A stretch of DNA of 64,000 bases from Mobula hypostoma (Eukaryota), in contig NC_086097.1 in assembly GCF_963921235.1 (NCBI RefSeq), positions 200,510,001-200,574,000 on the forward strand, in the 5' to 3' direction. Position numbers and translations under genes: made by a program. Under the pieces are notes generated by a model, which saw nothing but the letters and a program-made list of their open reading frames with translations, was not told the DNA's origin and searched no databases. The stretch's first letter is position 1; every line of letters begins with the position of its first letter. This document shows, one piece after another, positions 60,731 through 64,000 of the stretch.

Positions 60731-63700
60731 TCCTGTTCATATAGTTTGTTAAAATAACCATCGAGATTAGGTTTTAAAGTCTCTAAGATGCTACTCTCAA
60801 CTACACAATTAGGTAGTTTGTTCCATGTGTCCACAGCTCAGTGTAAAGAAATGTTTCCTGATGTTAGTCTGAAATCTCACCTAAACCAGTCTGCACCGAT
60901 GGCCCTGTGACCTTGATGATGAATTAATTCTGAAGTAGCAGCTGGCATCCACTTTACTTATGCCCTTAATGATTTTGAACACTTCTATCATGTCTCTTCA
61001 CATTCTATGCCTACTTAGGCTAAAAAAAGATTTAATTATTTCAATCTTTCCTCATAGCTCATATGCTGCTGAAATGAGTCTAGTCACCCTTCTCTGGACT
61101 CTCTCTAGTGCCTTCACATCCCTCACACAATATGGAGACCAAACTTGTACACAATATTCAAGGTGTGACCTCACAAGTGCATCATACAGCTTAAGGAGAA
61201 CGCCTCTTGACTTGAACTCAACTGAGTGCATTTTTTGGCCTTCCTAATAGATGAGTCTACCTGGACGCCCAAATTCTTCTCATACAGAGCACTTTCTAAT
61301 GCAAGATCCCCTCCCCATTGTATATTCATATCTAATATTTCTACTTCCTATATGTAGTATTTTACATTTACTTACATTAACTTTCATCTGCCATTTATCT
61401 GCCCACGTCTGAATTGTGTTTAAATCTAGCTGTATTGCCTGAATGTTATCAGGCTGACCTCTAATTTTGTGTCATTGGCAAACTTTACTAGTTTATTTGT
61501 TGTGTTTATCCAAATCATTAACACAAGTGAAAAACAGCAAAACTGATCCTTGCAGAACCCCACTTCTAGGTGTGAAAATGATCCTCTCACCATAACTCAT
61601 TTTGTTTTTGAGCCAGTCCTGCACCCTTACCCTGAAATCTTAACTCCTGTAATCTGATTATTAACTTCTTGTGGGGTACCTTAAAGCATTCTGAAAGTCC
61701 AAGTAAATAATATCAACTGCTCTATTGTTATCATAAGTTTTTGGTTGCTTCTTCATAGAACTCCAGCATATTACTAAAACATGATTTCACCTTTCTGAAC
61801 CCATGCTAGCCATGAACCCATGCGTTCTTATCATCTGATTTTCCATCTCATTCTTTATTATTGTTTCCATTATCTTGCCTGCGATACACGTTAAGCTTAC
61901 TGGTCTATAGTTACCAGGGCAGTGCAGTCACCTTTCTTATATACTGGGACAACGTTAACCCATTTCCAGTCCTCAGGGATTTCACCAGTCTTCAATGACT
62001 TTTGGAAAAATATATGTTAGGGGTTTGTATATATAATCACAGACCTCTTTAAATACCCTTCGATATAGGTTGTCTGACCCGAGAGATTTATTAACTTTCA
62101 GCCTTTTCAGCTGAAGCAGGACCTCACTTTCTAAGATCTCTAAGTAACTTAAAACAATCTGATTTTTCTTTACACTTACTGGCATATTGCTAACATATTC
62201 ACAGGTGAATACTTCAGCTAAATATGAATTAAGAGTATCCATTATGTTCTTTTCTGCATAATTTAACATCCCACTATTATTGCTAATAAACTTAACTTCT
62301 TCCTTTACTTTTCTTTTTCTAAAGTATTGAAAAAAATTCTTGGTGTTATTCTTAGCATATCAGAAACATCCTTCTCAACCTGCCTTTTGGCAATCCAAAT
62401 TTCTACCTTAATTATAACTCTCATCTTTTCATATGCCCTACTGTATTCCTTATAGAGCTGTCTTTTCTTCAGTATTTTTATGTATATCTTTATTCATCCA
62501 TGTAGTTGATCTATTGTTTTTATTGCTTCTCCCATCCTTGGGTATGAACATTTCATGCACTGCATGTAATACTCCTTCCAGTTTACTTTCTGAAATCTTT
62601 GCTGCAACTGCACAAACTTTGCTTTTTTGAAATGGGATTTAATGGCTTTGTTTTTTTATTGATATCCTCTCCCAAACGCACACCATGATTTGATAGGTGT
62701 TAATGATTCAAATCAAAATACTGATGAATATTTATAGATTTATAATTAAAGAAGCAGGGAGAATGGAAAAAGTAGCACATTATGATTCCAAATATTTGAA
62801 AACAAAGTGGAAGAGAGAGTCTCTTCTGGCTCAAGCTTCTGTATCAATTTGCATGAATTTTGGGCAATTAACGAGCACAATTATCTACCAGGGCCTACAT
62901 TTTAATTCAGAGGAAAAACTGCTATTACTCTTTCACCAGAACCACCTCCTGTTCTCGCTGTGTTCTTTCTTCTGCCATGTACCACTAATACTGAATTTAC
63001 TTCTTCCATTTCCAAATGGATCTCCATGTACCAATGAGATATATCGAGACATTACACCTTGTAGCTAACACAACTTTCAGAATCTTTGTTAGCTGCAGAA
63101 GGGAGTCTCATGGGAGACAAAAAAGCAAAATAATTTATATACTCCCTAATTATAGAATTCCTGATTACTACCACATCTCTACTTTTCTTTTGTCCCCCCC
63201 TTAGTCAGCCTTTGAGACACAGTGTATTGATCTTTATTGCAGCTGTTAATCCCCATAGTCCGTCTCCCCATTCTCTTAAGTAGCAGGGACATTGTGCTTG
63301 TTGGTGAGGATATAGCACCTTTTCTCAATCTCTCATAAAATTCCTCCATCCAGCTCCCTCAGTCACACCCATCCCTTCCTGAATCATTGCTTTCCTTAGG
63401 TGCATGACTCCAATCTATTTAAAACATTCCAAAGACTCACCCATGAACCATCAGAATATCTGTAATTCGCACTCCCGCTCATCAATGCTGAGACAGATTC
63501 AGGATGGAGAAAGCTGCAGTTGGACTCTAAATTAAAATGCAAGACCTAGAAGGTGATCATTTTGGACAATGACCCAAACTTCGTGCAAATCAGTGCAGAA
63601 GTCAGGTCAGAAGAGTTCACTCAATAAGTATGGAAAAGAGGAATTTCTTTTTGTGGTACATAGGCATCAATTCCAGGACAGGAGGAGATGTGAAGATAGG

Positions 63701-64000
63701 ATGAGTTCCTTTACACAAGGTGGGATGTGTCTGAGTGGAAAAGATCAATAAGGATGAATAATGAGCTGTCAGAGGCTTTAAACTCAAAGGATTTACAAGA
63801 AGCATTGTTCTAAGTATAAACAAAGCAGGAAGAGATCTGAGAAAAGAATAAAGTAAGGATACATGGGAAGAAAATGGTTATGTTATGGCAGCTTAATAAG
63901 ATGGTTAAAGACAAAGTGAGAGGAAATCCCTTCAGAATGAGTTGAACTGTTCATGTAACAATGTATATAGAATCTGCTGAAAATAGGAGACAATCACCGA

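Larger units (their letters stand above)
59676..63480 (-). mobile_element. Old CR1 LINE hosting the nested PLE and LTR insertions
   Basis: Minus-strand remnants NYRPVSLT, YLDFQNA, KFA.DTK, LVRSHLEYCVQ.WSP and LK.NKS.G.DNLY.RV.KE. Confidence 0.8.

Noticed and set aside
62697..63204. ORFs as exons of an upstream neighbouring gene
   Set aside because: The minus strand resembles decayed CR1 endonuclease sequence, collinear with the adjacent CR1.

Overview
This is a repeat-rich vertebrate genomic window. The repeat content (CR1, V-SINE/HE1-like SINEs, Rex1, Penelope) suggests a cartilaginous fish, but that is inference. It holds one complete protein-coding gene on the minus strand, LRRC6/DNAAF11 (dynein axonemal assembly factor 11). 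I reconstructed it by hand as 12 coding exons from ATG 59087 to TAA 6226 (1422 nt, about 473 aa). All introns are GT-AG and phase-compatible; only the exon 5 donor is ambiguous. An RFX X-box and a CpG-rich region lie at the 5' end, and AATAAA with a GU-rich element lies at the 3' end. The rest is decayed mobile DNA: CR1, Rex1, L1 and RTE-like LINEs, CORE- and V-type SINEs, two solo LTRs, Tc1, hAT, Harbinger and Chapaev-like DNA transposons, and a Penelope-like element (PLE). The most notable signals are: (1) a family of short PLE-terminal insertions carrying minimal hammerhead ribozyme motifs, repeatedly inserted as asymmetric hairpins with target-site duplications (TSDs); (2) two CR1 copies sharing the same deletion of the RT catalytic core; (3) a near full-length Chapaev-like transposon relic. 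TE boundaries without a quoted TSD or terminal inverted repeat (TIR) are approximate.
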